In this document: positions 1-10,500 of the stretch, in pieces
Layout of the letters: each line of letters begins with the position of its first letter
How positions within the stretch are numbered: position 1 is the first letter of the stretch
Origin: Ramlibacter sp.
GTDB lineage: Bacteria > Pseudomonadota > Gammaproteobacteria > Burkholderiales > Burkholderiaceae_C
DNA length: 64,000 nt
Assembly: GCA_035526975.1 (NCBI GenBank)
Contig: DATLBJ010000218.1
Location: 25,612 to 89,611, forward strand
Direction: 5' to 3'
The notes under the pieces: model-generated
Database searches by the model: none
Seen by the model: only the letters and a program-made list of their open reading frames with translations
What the model was told of the DNA's origin: nothing
Made by a program: the position numbers and the translations under genes

Positions 1-118
1 CCGCTGACGTTGCGCTGACGGCGCGCCCGTTACGTGTTAACCCGCAGGGGATGGTCCCGATGCGGATCGAATGCGCGCTGACTAACCTCGACGGAGATCA
101 GTTGAGGCGTCTGTCAGT

Positions 119-1165
119 ATGAAGAACAAAACCATTTCCCGCCGCGGATTCACCATTGGCGCCGCCGTTGCGGCCGCTGCCGTTGCCGCACCTGCGCTGC
201 GTGCGCAGCCGCGCGTCGAAAAACCCAAGCTCTCGCTCGCGGTCGGCGGCAAGTCCGCTTTCTACTACCTGCCGCTCACCATCGCGGAGCAGCTGGGCTA
301 CTTCAAGGCGGAGGGGCTGGACGTTGAGATTTCCGATTTCGCGGGCGGTGCGAAAGCGCTCCAGGCGTTGATGGGCGGCTCGGCCGACATCGTCAACGGC
401 GCGTACGAGCACACGATCAACATGCAGGTGCGCAACCAGTCCATCCAGGAATTCGTCCTGATGGGCCGCGCGCCGCAGATTTCCGTCGGCGTGTCGACCA
501 AGACGATGCCCGGCTACAGGACGCCGGCCGACCTGCGGGGCAAGCGGGTCGGCGTGTCTGCGCCGGGCTCATCGACGAACATGGTCGCGAACCTGCTGCT
601 CTCGCGCGCGGGCGTGAAGGGCACGGAAGTGAGCTATGTGGGTGTCGGCACATCGTCGGGCGCGATCGCCGCGGTGCGCTCGGGGCAGGTGGACGCAATC
701 TCGAACACCGACCCCATCATGACCATGCTGGAGCAGAAGGGTGACGTCAAGATCATCAGCGATACGCGCACACTCAAGGGCACGCAGGATGTCTTCGGCG
801 GCATGATGCCCGCCGCGTGCCTGTACACGCGCACGGAATTCATCAAGGCCAACCCCAACACGTGCCAGGCCCTGTCGAATGCCGTCGTGCGGGGCCTCAA
901 GTGGCTGCAGACCGCGGGCCCCAGCGACATCATCAGGACGGTGCCCGAGACGTACCTGCTTGGCGACCGCGCGTTGTACCTCGCGTCGTTCAACAAGATC
1001 CGCGAAGCGCTCGCGCTCGACGGCGTGATGCCCGAAGACGGCCCGCGCACCGCATTGCGCGCGCTCGCGAGCTTCGAGCCGGAAGTGCATCCCGACAAGA
1101 TCGACCTCGGGAAGACATACACGAACGAGTTCGCCCGCCGCTCCAAAGAGAAGTACAAGGCATAG
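119..1165 (+). CDS. ABC transporter substrate-binding protein, NitT/TauT (SsuA/NMT1-like) family
   Basis: Twin-arginine-like signal (ISRRGF); LGYFKAEGLDVE and DLRGKRVGVSAPGSST motifs; first gene of an SBP-ATPase-permease operon. Confidence 0.88.
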   Translation: MKNKTISRRGFTIGAAVAAAAVAAPALRAQPRVEKPKLSLAVGGKSAFYYLPLTIAEQLGYFKAEGLDVEISDFAGGAKALQALMGGSADIVNGAYEHTINMQVRNQSIQEFVLMGRAPQISVGVSTKTMPGYRTPADLRGKRVGVSAPGSSTNMVANLLLSRAGVKGTEVSYVGVGTSSGAIAAVRSGQVDAISNTDPIMTMLEQKGDVKIISDTRTLKGTQDVFGGMMPAACLYTRTEFIKANPNTCQALSNAVVRGLKWLQTAGPSDIIRTVPETYLLGDRALYLASFNKIREALALDGVMPEDGPRTALRALASFEPEVHPDKIDLGKTYTNEFARRSKEKYKA

Positions 1166-1182
1166 GCGTTAAGCTCGGCCCC

Positions 1183-2016
1183 ATGGCCGCGGCCCTCGAA
1201 TTCCAGGACATCACCGTCACGTTCCGCTCGCGCGAGAACGGCGAGCGGTACACGGCGGTTGCGAACACGACGATGCACGTCGGCGCCGGCGAGTTCGTGT
1301 CGGTGGTCGGGCCCACGGGCTGCGGCAAGTCGACGCTGCTCAATATCGGCGCAGGGTTGCTCGCCCCATCGGGCGGCGAGGTCCGCGTATTCGGCGAGCC
1401 GCTGCAGGGCATCAACCGCCGCGCGGGCTACATGTTCCAGTCCGAAGCGCTCATGCCCTGGCGCAGCGCGATCGACAACGTCATGGTCGGCCTGCAGTAC
1501 CACGGCGTGCAGGAAGCCGAAGCGCGCGCACAGGCGCTCGCGTGGCTCGAGCGCGTGGGCCTGCGCGAATTCGCGGATCGCTACCCGCACCAGCTCTCGG
1601 GGGGCATGCGCAAACGCACGTCGCTCGCGCAAGTGCTCGCGCTGGACCCCGACATCATCCTGATGGACGAACCGTTCTCGGCGCTGGACGTCCAGACGCG
1701 CCAGCTCATGGAAAACGAGGTGCTGGACTTGTGGGCGGCCAAGCGCAAGGCGGTGCTGTTCATCACGCATGACCTCGATGAGGCCATCGCGATGAGCGAC
1801 CGCGTCGTGGTTCTCGCTGCCGGTCCTGCGACGCACCCGATCGGCGAATTCCCGATCGACCTCGACCGCCCACGGGACGTCGCCGAGGTTCGCACGCATC
1901 CGCGCTTCGTCGAGCTGCATTCACGCATCTGGGGCGTTCTGCGCGAGGAAGTCCTCAAGGGCTACGCGCAGCAACTGAAGAAGCCTGTCCTGAGCCATGT
2001 GGAAGGGGCGGCGTGA
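1183..2016 (+). CDS. ABC transporter ATP-binding protein, NitT/TauT family
   Basis: Walker A GPTGCGKST, signature LSGGM, Walker B IILMDEPF; start placed at ATG 1183 within ORF 817..2016. Confidence 0.92.
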   Translation: MAAALEFQDITVTFRSRENGERYTAVANTTMHVGAGEFVSVVGPTGCGKSTLLNIGAGLLAPSGGEVRVFGEPLQGINRRAGYMFQSEALMPWRSAIDNVMVGLQYHGVQEAEARAQALAWLERVGLREFADRYPHQLSGGMRKRTSLAQVLALDPDIILMDEPFSALDVQTRQLMENEVLDLWAAKRKAVLFITHDLDEAIAMSDRVVVLAAGPATHPIGEFPIDLDRPRDVAEVRTHPRFVELHSRIWGVLREEVLKGYAQQLKKPVLSHVEGAA

Positions 2017-2852
2017 CGATGCGCGGCGCACCGAACGAGAAGTCTTTGGTGGTGTGGCAGGTCGGGGTCCTGGTCGCCGTGCTGGTGCTCTGGCACCTGC
2101 TCTCGCGCAACGAGCAGACAGCGTTCTTCCTCGGCGAGCCGGTCAAGGTGGCGGGGCGGATCTGGTCGTGGTTCATGCCCGTGACAGTCCCGCCGAACTC
2201 GCTTTTCGAAGACGGGCTCGCGGGTCGCGCCGACATCTACGTCCACCTGGGTGTCACGTTGCTGGAAACCGTGCTCGCATTCGCGGTGGGGACGCTGCTG
2301 GGCCTCGCCTTCGGCCTGTGGCTTGCGCTGGCACCCATGGCCGGTGCGATCCTCGACCCGTACATCAAGGCGCTCAACTCGATGCCGCGCGTGATCCTCG
2401 CGCCGATTTTCGCGCTCTGGTTCGGCCTTGGCATCTGGAGCAAGGTCGCGCTGGCGGTGACGCTCGTGTTCTTCATCGTCTTCTTCAACGTCTACCAGGG
2501 CGTGCGTGAAGTCAGCCCGGTGGTGCTCGCGAACGCGCGCATGCTCGGCGCGAATCAAAAGCAACTGCTGCGCACCGTGTACTTGCCGAGTGCGACGAGC
2601 TGGGTGTTCGCAAGCCTGCACAACTCGGTGGGCCTCGCGTTCGTCGGTGCAGTGGTCGGCGAGTACCTCGGCTCCGCGCGGGGCGTGGGCTACCTGATCC
2701 TGCAGGCCGAAGGAACGTTCGATGTGAACACGGTGTTCGCGGGGATCGTCGTGCTCACCGCATTCGCACTCGTGCTCGACGCAATCGTCGGCAAGGCCGA
2801 GAAGCGGCTCATGAAGTGGCAACCGCGGGCGGGGGAGACCGAGAAAATCTGA
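2013..2852 (+). CDS. ABC transporter permease, NitT/TauT family
   Basis: Several hydrophobic helices, EAA-like loop (ANARMLGAN), VVGEYLGSARGVG; 4-nt overlap with the ATPase gene. Confidence 0.9.
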   Translation: MTMRGAPNEKSLVVWQVGVLVAVLVLWHLLSRNEQTAFFLGEPVKVAGRIWSWFMPVTVPPNSLFEDGLAGRADIYVHLGVTLLETVLAFAVGTLLGLAFGLWLALAPMAGAILDPYIKALNSMPRVILAPIFALWFGLGIWSKVALAVTLVFFIVFFNVYQGVREVSPVVLANARMLGANQKQLLRTVYLPSATSWVFASLHNSVGLAFVGAVVGEYLGSARGVGYLILQAEGTFDVNTVFAGIVVLTAFALVLDAIVGKAEKRLMKWQPRAGETEKI

Positions 2853-3120
2853 TGTCATTGCGGGCTTGACCCGCAAACACTCGCCCGCGAGTCAGTTTAC
2901 GAGTGCTCGCGCCCTTCGGGCTACCTTCGCTGTCGCCGCGGCGGCCCGGTCGCCGGCGGTGGTCGAAATCGGCCTTGCCGGATATCGCCTGCCGCGAGAG
3001 GGCACACTCGTTGAGATCAACCGGTGGCGCCCAACGAGCGTGCCCTGGCGTCCGTGGAGCCGCCAACGGTCTCCGCACAACGAAGAAGGACACTGGATGC
3101 GGGTCAAGCCCGCAATGACA
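2853..3120. mobile_element. MITE-like element bounded by perfect 23-bp terminal inverted repeats of a palindromic (REP/RPE-like) repeat family
   Basis: TGTCATTGCGGGCTTGACCCGCA (2853-2875) and its exact reverse complement (3098-3120) flank about 220 bp with no credible ORF, between convergent genes. Confidence 0.65.
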
Positions 3121-3129
3121 ATGGCGCGC

Positions 3130-4668
3130 CTATTGCTTCGCCGTCTTCGCCGGCTTCTTCGCAGACGCAGCCTGCTTCTTGGTGGATGCGCCCTTCGCGT
3201 GCGTTGCACCCTTGCGGGTGTGCGAGGCCTTGGCCGTGCGCACCGGCACATACACAACGACCTGCTGGCCCGCGTGGAACGCGCCCGAAACCGTCGTCGA
3301 GTTCCACTCCGCGACTTGTTTCGTGCTGACCTTGTAGCGGCGCGCGATGCTGGCGACCGTGTCCTTCTTGCCCGCCTTCACGGTCATCTTGCGCGTGACC
3401 ATCTCCGACTGGAGATTGAGCTGCGCGTTGTCTGCCAGGTCATCCGATACGTCGGCCTGCATCTTCGACGAGCGGGGCACGATGAGGACCGAGCCCGCCT
3501 TGATCAACATGCGCGGCGGGATCGTGTTGATCGCACGCAGGTCCGTCTCGCTCATGCCCGTGCGCCTGGCTGCTTCCGCCGGGTTCATGTTGGCGGGGAC
3601 CTTCCATGCGGTCCAGCTCGCATACTGCCCGGCCGTGTAGGCCTCGAAATTGCGCTGGAAGATCGTGGCGTTGTCCCATGGCAGCAGGATCTGCCCCGTG
3701 CCGTTGGCCAGGATCACGGGCCGGTTCATCGACGGATTGAGCGCCTTGAAATCCTCGATCGGCACGTCGGCCAGTTGCGCGGCGAGCTTGACGTCGATGT
3801 CGCGCGACAGCGTGACCGTCTGGAAGTACGGGTGGTTGCCGATGACGGGCAGCTCCGCGTTGTAGGCGTCGGGGTTGGCGACGATGTTCTTGAGTGCCTG
3901 CAGCTTCGGCACGTACCAGCGCGTCTCGTTGGGCATGCTGAGCTCGGCGTAAGTGGTGCCAAGCCCTTGCTTCTGGTTTCGTGCAATGGCGCGGCCCACG
4001 CTGCCTTCGCCCCAGTTGTAGGCGGCCAGGGCGAGCTGCCAGTCGCCGAACATGCCATGCAACTTCTGCAGGTAGTCGAGTGCAGCGCGCGTCGAGGCGA
4101 GCACGTCGCGGCGATCATCGCGGAAGACGTTCTGCTTCAGGTCGAAGACGCGGCCTGTGGACGGGATGAATTGCCACATGCCGGCGGCCTTCGCGCTCGA
4201 CATGGCCTGGGGGTTGAATGCGCTTTCCACGAACGGCAGCAAGGCGAGCTCCGTCGGCATGTCGCGGCGCTCGAGCTCCTCGACGATGTGGAACATGTAC
4301 TTGCGCGAACGCTCGGTCATCCGCCCGATGTACTCGGGGTTCCTCAGGTAATACTGCTCCTGCTGGCGCACGTAGTCGTTCTGCAGGTCCTTCATCTTGA
4401 AGCCGCGGCGGACGCGCTCCCACAGGTCCGCGGGCGGCACCAGCAGCGCGACGTTCTTCGACTGCACTTCGATCGACGCGATCGGCGTGAGGTCGCCGCC
4501 GGGGATCACGGAAGCCGCGGGAGGCGCGATGGGGCCGACAGGGCCCGCAGAAGGAATCGCCTTGGCGATGGGCGGCACCGAGTCGACAGGCGCGGGCTGC
4601 TGCGGCGAAGTGGCGCACGCGGCAAGCGCAAGCAGGACAACGGCACAGGCCAGAGGCGATAACTTCAT
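3130..4668 (-). CDS. mltD: Membrane-bound lytic murein transglycosylase D (SLT plus LysM), lipoprotein
   Basis: Lipobox LAAC; SLT motifs ESAFNP, AAGMWQF, AAYNWGEG; C-terminal LysM-like repeats; canonical mltD-gloB-yafS-rnhA order. Confidence 0.9.
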   Translation of the reverse strand: MKLSPLACAVVLLALAACATSPQQPAPVDSVPPIAKAIPSAGPVGPIAPPAASVIPGGDLTPIASIEVQSKNVALLVPPADLWERVRRGFKMKDLQNDYVRQQEQYYLRNPEYIGRMTERSRKYMFHIVEELERRDMPTELALLPFVESAFNPQAMSSAKAAGMWQFIPSTGRVFDLKQNVFRDDRRDVLASTRAALDYLQKLHGMFGDWQLALAAYNWGEGSVGRAIARNQKQGLGTTYAELSMPNETRWYVPKLQALKNIVANPDAYNAELPVIGNHPYFQTVTLSRDIDVKLAAQLADVPIEDFKALNPSMNRPVILANGTGQILLPWDNATIFQRNFEAYTAGQYASWTAWKVPANMNPAEAARRTGMSETDLRAINTIPPRMLIKAGSVLIVPRSSKMQADVSDDLADNAQLNLQSEMVTRKMTVKAGKKDTVASIARRYKVSTKQVAEWNSTTVSGAFHAGQQVVVYVPVRTAKASHTRKGATHAKGASTKKQAASAKKPAKTAKQ

Positions 4669-5013
4669 CTGAATCCGTTCTTCATTGCCGGAGGGTGGTG
4701 AAGACGCTCACTTCACCTGCTTCGAGCTCGACGCAGTTTCGCAGCGCCTGCTGCAATTGATCAGCTGTAGGTTACCCGGTTCCACCATCCGTGCGAATTT
4801 CAAATTGATGAGTGTGTATTCATGTGTGCGGCAGACCCGGGTTTCAGCCGGCCGGGATGCCAACTTTTCCAGTGGTTCGACCCTGCGGGCCGGTATCCCC
4901 TCGAAAAAGCGCCCGCATCCGCGGAGTGGAGCGTGACTAGAATGGCCCTCGCCGGACACGTGCAAGAACCACAAACAGTTGTCCTGGAACGCCGGGAGCG
5001 GGATCAGCCTCAT
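4665..5013 (-). pseudogene. gloB: Decayed hydroxyacylglutathione hydrolase (glyoxalase II)
   Basis: GloB-like N-terminus [12 protein letters not shown], middle GCGRFFEG...[11 protein letters not shown] and frameshifted C-terminus VFTTLRQ*/KNGFR; THxHxDH metal-binding region deleted; syntenic position. Confidence 0.85.
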
Positions 5014-5800
5014 GAGCGACGCGATTATAGGAATGCGCCAGTGGTTCGAGACGCCTGCCGGCCGCTACCTGCTGGCCTGGGAAAGGGCGGAATTCGACCG
5101 CGCCGTCGCCGACATCTTCGGGTTCCATGCGCTCCAGCTCGGCCTTCCGGAGCTCGATGCCCTCGCCGCGAACCGCATGCCGCATCGCTGGCTGGCGTTG
5201 TCCGAGCCGGCCGAGACCGGCGGCATCAAGCCGGCACTGGTCACCGATTTCGCTGCGCTGCCCTTCGAGGAGAACAGCCTCGACCTCGTCGTCCTGCCAC
5301 ATTCGCTCGAGTTGAACGTCGATCCGCACGCAACGCTGCGCGAAGTCGAACGCGTGCTGGTGCCCGAAGGGAAGGTCGTCATCTGCTGCTTGAACCCTGC
5401 GAGCCTCTGGGGCCTTCGCCAGCGCCGCGCGCACGTCTACCGCAAGCTCGGTTTCGGCGAACTGTTCCTGCCCGCCGAGGGCGAATTCATCGGCTATTGG
5501 CGCCTGCGCGACTGGTTGCGCTTGCTCAGCTTCGAAGTGGAGGCCAGCACGTTCGGCTGCTACCGGCCGTCATTCATGACCGACCGCTGGCTCGAACGCG
5601 TCGACTGGCTCGATCATGTCGGCGAGCGCTGGTGGCCGATCTTCGGCGCCGTGTATTTCATGGTCGCGGTCAAGCGCGTGCGCGGGATCAAGTTGATCGG
5701 CCGCGCGTGGAAGGCCACGCCTGCGATCGCCACTGCGCCCGTCCCGCTCGCGAACCGGCAACGCCCCACCTACAACCTCGAACAAGAAGAAGTGCTGTGA
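5012..5800 (+). CDS. Class I SAM-dependent methyltransferase (YafS-like)
   Basis: [18 protein letters not shown] and [12 protein letters not shown] motifs; located between gloB and rnhA. Confidence 0.85.
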   Translation: MSDAIIGMRQWFETPAGRYLLAWERAEFDRAVADIFGFHALQLGLPELDALAANRMPHRWLALSEPAETGGIKPALVTDFAALPFEENSLDLVVLPHSLELNVDPHATLREVERVLVPEGKVVICCLNPASLWGLRQRRAHVYRKLGFGELFLPAEGEFIGYWRLRDWLRLLSFEVEASTFGCYRPSFMTDRWLERVDWLDHVGERWWPIFGAVYFMVAVKRVRGIKLIGRAWKATPAIATAPVPLANRQRPTYNLEQEEVL

Positions 5801-6261
5801 ACGAAGTGGAGATCTACACGGACGGGGCATGCAAGGGCAACCCCGGACCGGGCGGGTGGGGCGTGCTCATGCGCGCAGGCAGCAACACCAAGGAGCTCTA
5901 CGGCGGTGAGCGCGAAACCACCAACAACCGCATGGAGCTGATGGCGGTGATCCAGGCCTTGCAGGCGCTCAAGCGGCCGTGCGCCGTGCGCCTGCACGTG
6001 GACAGCCTGTATGTCCTGAAGGGCATGACCGAGTGGGTGAAGGGATGGAAAGCCAAGGGCTGGCGCACCGCCAGCAAGCAGCCGGTGAAGAACGTCGAAC
6101 TCTGGCAGCGCCTCGATGAACTCGTCGCGCAGAGCGGGCACGACATCGACTGGCGCTGGGTGAAGGGACACGACGGCGACCCGGGCAACGAAAGGGCGGA
6201 CGAGCTCGCGAACTTCGGAGTGGAAGTGGCGCTCGGCCAGAGGCCGCCGCCCTCGATGTAA
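5797..6261 (+). CDS. rnhA: Ribonuclease HI
   Basis: [39 protein letters not shown]; GTG start overlaps the previous stop. Confidence 0.97.
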   Translation: MNEVEIYTDGACKGNPGPGGWGVLMRAGSNTKELYGGERETTNNRMELMAVIQALQALKRPCAVRLHVDSLYVLKGMTEWVKGWKAKGWRTASKQPVKNVELWQRLDELVAQSGHDIDWRWVKGHDGDPGNERADELANFGVEVALGQRPPPSM

Positions 6262-6387
6262 AGCGGGAGTAAAACGGGGAGGGGTGAAAGCGGGAGAATG
6301 TCCCGTTAGCATGCTGCCCGATACACTGTCGGGCAGGCTCTTTTCCACCCACGCGTGCGGCGCATTTCCGTGCGCAGACAGCATTCG

Positions 6388-7560
6388 ATGGCATCCAGAA
6401 GAACAATCGCCGCGGTCGCCGCCGCGGTCATCGTCGCGGCCGCAGGCGCCCTTTGGTGGACTTCGTCACCGAAGAACGGCGCCGGGGGCGCCGCCAAGGC
6501 TGCCAGCGGCGCGGGCGGCCCGGGGACGCTGGTCACCGTCGCCGTCGCGCAGAAGCAGGACGTTCCCCTTGAAGTGAATGTCAGTGGCAATGTCGTGTCG
6601 CTGAACACCGTCGACATCAAGCCGCAAGTCAGCAACGTCGTCGCCAAGGTGCACGTCAAGGAAGGCGACTACGTGCGAGCCGGGCAGCCGCTCTTTTCGC
6701 TCGACCCGCGGGCGGACGTCGCCAACCTCGAAAAGGCGAAGGCGCAGCAACTCAAGGACCAGGCCACCCTCTCGGACCTGGAGCGCCAGTACAAGCGCAG
6801 CCAGGAGCTGCTCGCGCAGAACTTCATCGCGAAGAGCGCCACCGAGAATGCGCTCGCGCAGGTCGAGGCGCAGCGCGCCGCGGTGGCAGCCGATCGCGCG
6901 GCGGTGCAGTCGGCGCAGGTCGCCCTCAGCTACGACGAGATCAAGGCGCCGATTGCCGGGCGCACCGGCGCCATCCCGGTTTTCGCGGGCACGCTCGTGC
7001 AATCGTCGATGACGCTCTTGACCGTGACGCAGCTCGACCCGATCGCCGTGACGTTCCCCGTGCCCGAAGGGCGCCTGCAGGACCTGCTCGATGCATCGAG
7101 GGCGAAGTCGCCCGTGTTCGCGACGATCCCGGGGCGCGCCACGCCGCTCAAGGGCACGCTCACCTTCGTGGACAACGCCGTCGACCCGAACGTGGGCACG
7201 GTGCGCGCGAAGGCGCAGTTCGGCAACAAGGAAAACCTGTTGTGGCCGGGGCAGTACGTCAACACGAGCATCACGGTGCGCACGCTGAAAGACGCCATCG
7301 TCATTCCCAGCGCCGCCATCGTCACGAGCCCGGCGGGGCGGGTCGTCTACGTCATCAAGGACGACACCGCGCAGACGCGCAAGATCGAGCTCGATTACAC
7401 GACCGGTGACCGCGCGGTGGTGCGCGGCGTCGAAGTGGGCGAACGCGTGGTCGTCGAAGGAAAGCAGAACCTCAGGCCCGGCTCGCGGGTGCGCATCGAG
7501 CGACCGGGCGGGCAGGGTGCAACTCCCGGTGCTTCGGCGTCGCAGAGGAACCCGACGTGA
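6388..7560 (+). CDS. RND efflux periplasmic adaptor (MFP), MdtA-like
   Basis: N-terminal membrane anchor, lipoyl half-motifs (VKEGDYVRAGQPLF, IKAPIAG), coiled coil. Confidence 0.9.
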   Translation: MASRRTIAAVAAAVIVAAAGALWWTSSPKNGAGGAAKAASGAGGPGTLVTVAVAQKQDVPLEVNVSGNVVSLNTVDIKPQVSNVVAKVHVKEGDYVRAGQPLFSLDPRADVANLEKAKAQQLKDQATLSDLERQYKRSQELLAQNFIAKSATENALAQVEAQRAAVAADRAAVQSAQVALSYDEIKAPIAGRTGAIPVFAGTLVQSSMTLLTVTQLDPIAVTFPVPEGRLQDLLDASRAKSPVFATIPGRATPLKGTLTFVDNAVDPNVGTVRAKAQFGNKENLLWPGQYVNTSITVRTLKDAIVIPSAAIVTSPAGRVVYVIKDDTAQTRKIELDYTTGDRAVVRGVEVGERVVVEGKQNLRPGSRVRIERPGGQGATPGASASQRNPT

Positions 7561-10500
7561 ACATTTCCGAGCTGTGCATCCGCCGCCCGGTGATGACCGT
7601 GCTGCTGAGCGCCGCGCTGGTGGTGGCCGGCGTGCTCGCGTACATGCGCATCCCGATCGCGGCGCTTCCCAGCTACAACACCCCGGTCATCGCGGTGACG
7701 GCGCAACTGCCCGGCGCTGCGCCCGACACGATGGCCAGTTCGGTCGCGCTTCCGCTCGAGAAGCAGTTCTCCACCATCTCGGGCATCAAGCTGATCAGCT
7801 CGACCAACACGCTGGGCAATACCCAGATCACGGTCGAATTCGAGAACGATCGCGACATCGACGCGGCGGCCGTGGACGTGCAGGCCGCACTGCTGCGCGC
7901 GCAGCGCCAGTTGCCGGCCGAGATGCAGCAGTTGCCCTCGTACCGCAAGGTGAACCCGGCGGATGCGTCGCTGTTGTTCATTGCGCTCGATTCGCCGTCG
8001 ATGGGGCTGGCGGAGCTGAACGACTACGCCGAGAACCTGATCGCGCCGACCCTGTCCACAGTCGACGGCGTCGCGCAGGTGAACGTGTTCGGGCAGAAAC
8101 GGTTCGCAGTGCGCGTGCGCGCGAACACCGACACGCTCAATGCGCGCGGCATCACGCTCGAGGAGCTGGCCGGGGCGATCAAGTCGGCCAACTCCAACAC
8201 GCCGGTCGGGGTGCTCGACGGGCCGCGCCAGACACTCACCATCCAGGCCAATGCGCAGCTGCGCAACGCCAAGGAGTTCTCCAACATCATCGTCGCCCAG
8301 CGCAACGGCGCGGCGGTCCGCCTGTCGGAAGTCGCGACGGTGGAGGACAGCTATGAGTCGGTAAAGACCTCGGCCAGCTACAACGGGCAGCGCGCGATCA
8401 TGCTGGCGGTGCAGGGCCAGCCGAACGCGAATACGGTGCAGGTGGTCAATTCCGTCAAGCGGCTGCTGCCGCAGTTCCGCTCGCAGCTTCCCGAGTCGAT
8501 CCGCCTGACCGTGCTCAACGACCGCTCGCTGTCGATCCGGGACGCGGTGCACGACGTGAACATCACGCTCGGCATCACGGTGCTGCTGGTGATCCTCGTG
8601 ATCTACCTGTTCCTGCATCGCGCGACGGCGACCATGATCCCCGGCGTCACGATGCCCATCTCGCTGATCGGCGCGATCTCGATGCTCTACTGGCTGGGGT
8701 ATAGCCTGGACAACGTGTCGCTGCTAGGGATCACGCTTGCCGTGGGCCTCGTCGTCGACGACGCGATCGTGGTGCTCGAGAACATCGTGCGGCACATCGA
8801 GGACGGCATGCCGCCGATGCAGGCGGCGCTGCTCGGCTCGCGCGAGATGGGGTTCACCATCGTCTCGATCTCGGTGTCGCTGGTCGCGGTGTTCATCCCG
8901 ATCTTCTTCATGCCGGGCGTGATCGGCCTGCTGTTCCACGAGTTCGCGGTGATCGTGGGGCTGGCCGTCGTCGTGTCCGCGGTGATCTCGCTCACGCTGG
9001 TCCCGATGATGGCGAGCCGCCTGCTCAAGCCGGAAGACGGTGACGGCGCGGGACATGGCAATGCGGCCGCCGACGGCGAAATCCACGTGGCCGGCGGCTG
9101 GCTCGGCCGCTCGTTCGAGAAGCTGTTCCGGTCGGTGCACGGGCTGTACATGCGCACATTGGACTGGACGCTCGTCCGCCGCAAGCTGATGCTGCTGGTC
9201 GCGGCCACGACGGTGGTCGTCACCGCGCTGCTCGGGACAACGATGCCCAAGGGGTTCTTCCCGGAAGAAGACGTCGGCCAGATCCAGGCGACGACGGAAG
9301 CGTCGGAAGACATCTCGTTCCCGGCGATGCAGGTATTGCAGGATCGCGTGGCGGAAGTGATCCGGCAGGACCCGAACGTGAAGGACGTGACGTCGTTCAT
9401 CGGCGCCGGCGGTTCGACCAGCACGCTGAACTCGGGGCGGATTTTCATCGTGCTCAAGCCGCGCGGTGAGCGGGCCAAGATGTCGCAGGCGATGGAATCG
9501 CTGCGGCGTACGGTGCGCCAGGTGCCCGGCGTCGCCGTCTACCTGCGACCGATCCAGAACCTGCGCCTGGGCGGCCGGCAAAGCAAGAGCCGCTACCAAT
9601 ACACGCTGCAAAGCGTCAGCGCCGACGCGTTGTCGGAATGGTCGCAGAAGCTGATGGACCGCATGCGCGCCGACAGCGGCTTTCGCGACGTGACCAGCGA
9701 TTCGCAGAACGGCGGCTTGCAGGCGCAGCTGCGCATCGATCGCGACAAGGCCAACCTTCTCGGCGTGCAGATCGCCGACATCCGCAACGCGCTGTACGAC
9801 GCGTTCGGCGAGCGGCAGGTCTCCACGATCTACTCGTCGGCCAACAGCTACCTCGTGATCCTGGAAGCCTCCGAAGCGGACCGCCGGTTCGAAGACGGCC
9901 TGGCCAAGATCAACTTGCGCGGCAAGGGCGGCGCGATGGTGCCTTTGTCGTCGCTGGCCAGCGTCGACCGCACCGTTGGTCCGACGGCGGTGAACCACCA
10001 GGGACAGCTGCAGGCGATCACCATCTCGTTCAACCTGGCGGAGGACACGCCGCTCGGCGTGGCCACAGGGAAGATCGACCGCTTCTCGCACGAGCTGAAG
10101 CTGCCTTCGACGATCGTGACGAGCTACGGGGGCGACGCGGCCGTGTTCCAGGATTCGCAAGGCAGCCAGGCCATCCTGCTTGTCTCCGCGCTGCTGGTGA
10201 TCTACGTGCTGCTCGGCGTGCTCTACGAGAGCTACGTCCACCCGCTGACGATCCTCGCGGGCCTGCCTTCGGCGGCCGTCGGTGCGCTGATCACACTGGC
10301 GATCTTCGGCTTCGACCTGACGCTGATCGCGACGATCGGCATCCTGATGCTGATCGGCATCGTGAAGAAGAACGCGATCATGATGATCGACTTCGCTCTG
10401 CATGCGCAACGCGAGGGCGGCATGTCGCCCCAGGAGGCGATCCGCGAAGCGTGCCGCCTGCGCTTCCGGCCGATCCTGATGACGACGCTCGCGGCACTCA

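Noticed and set aside
2809-3257. Short ORFs crossing the inverted-repeat element
   Set aside because: They are translations of the repeat itself (VIAGLTR, AGQARND) with no transposase motifs and no plausible start signals
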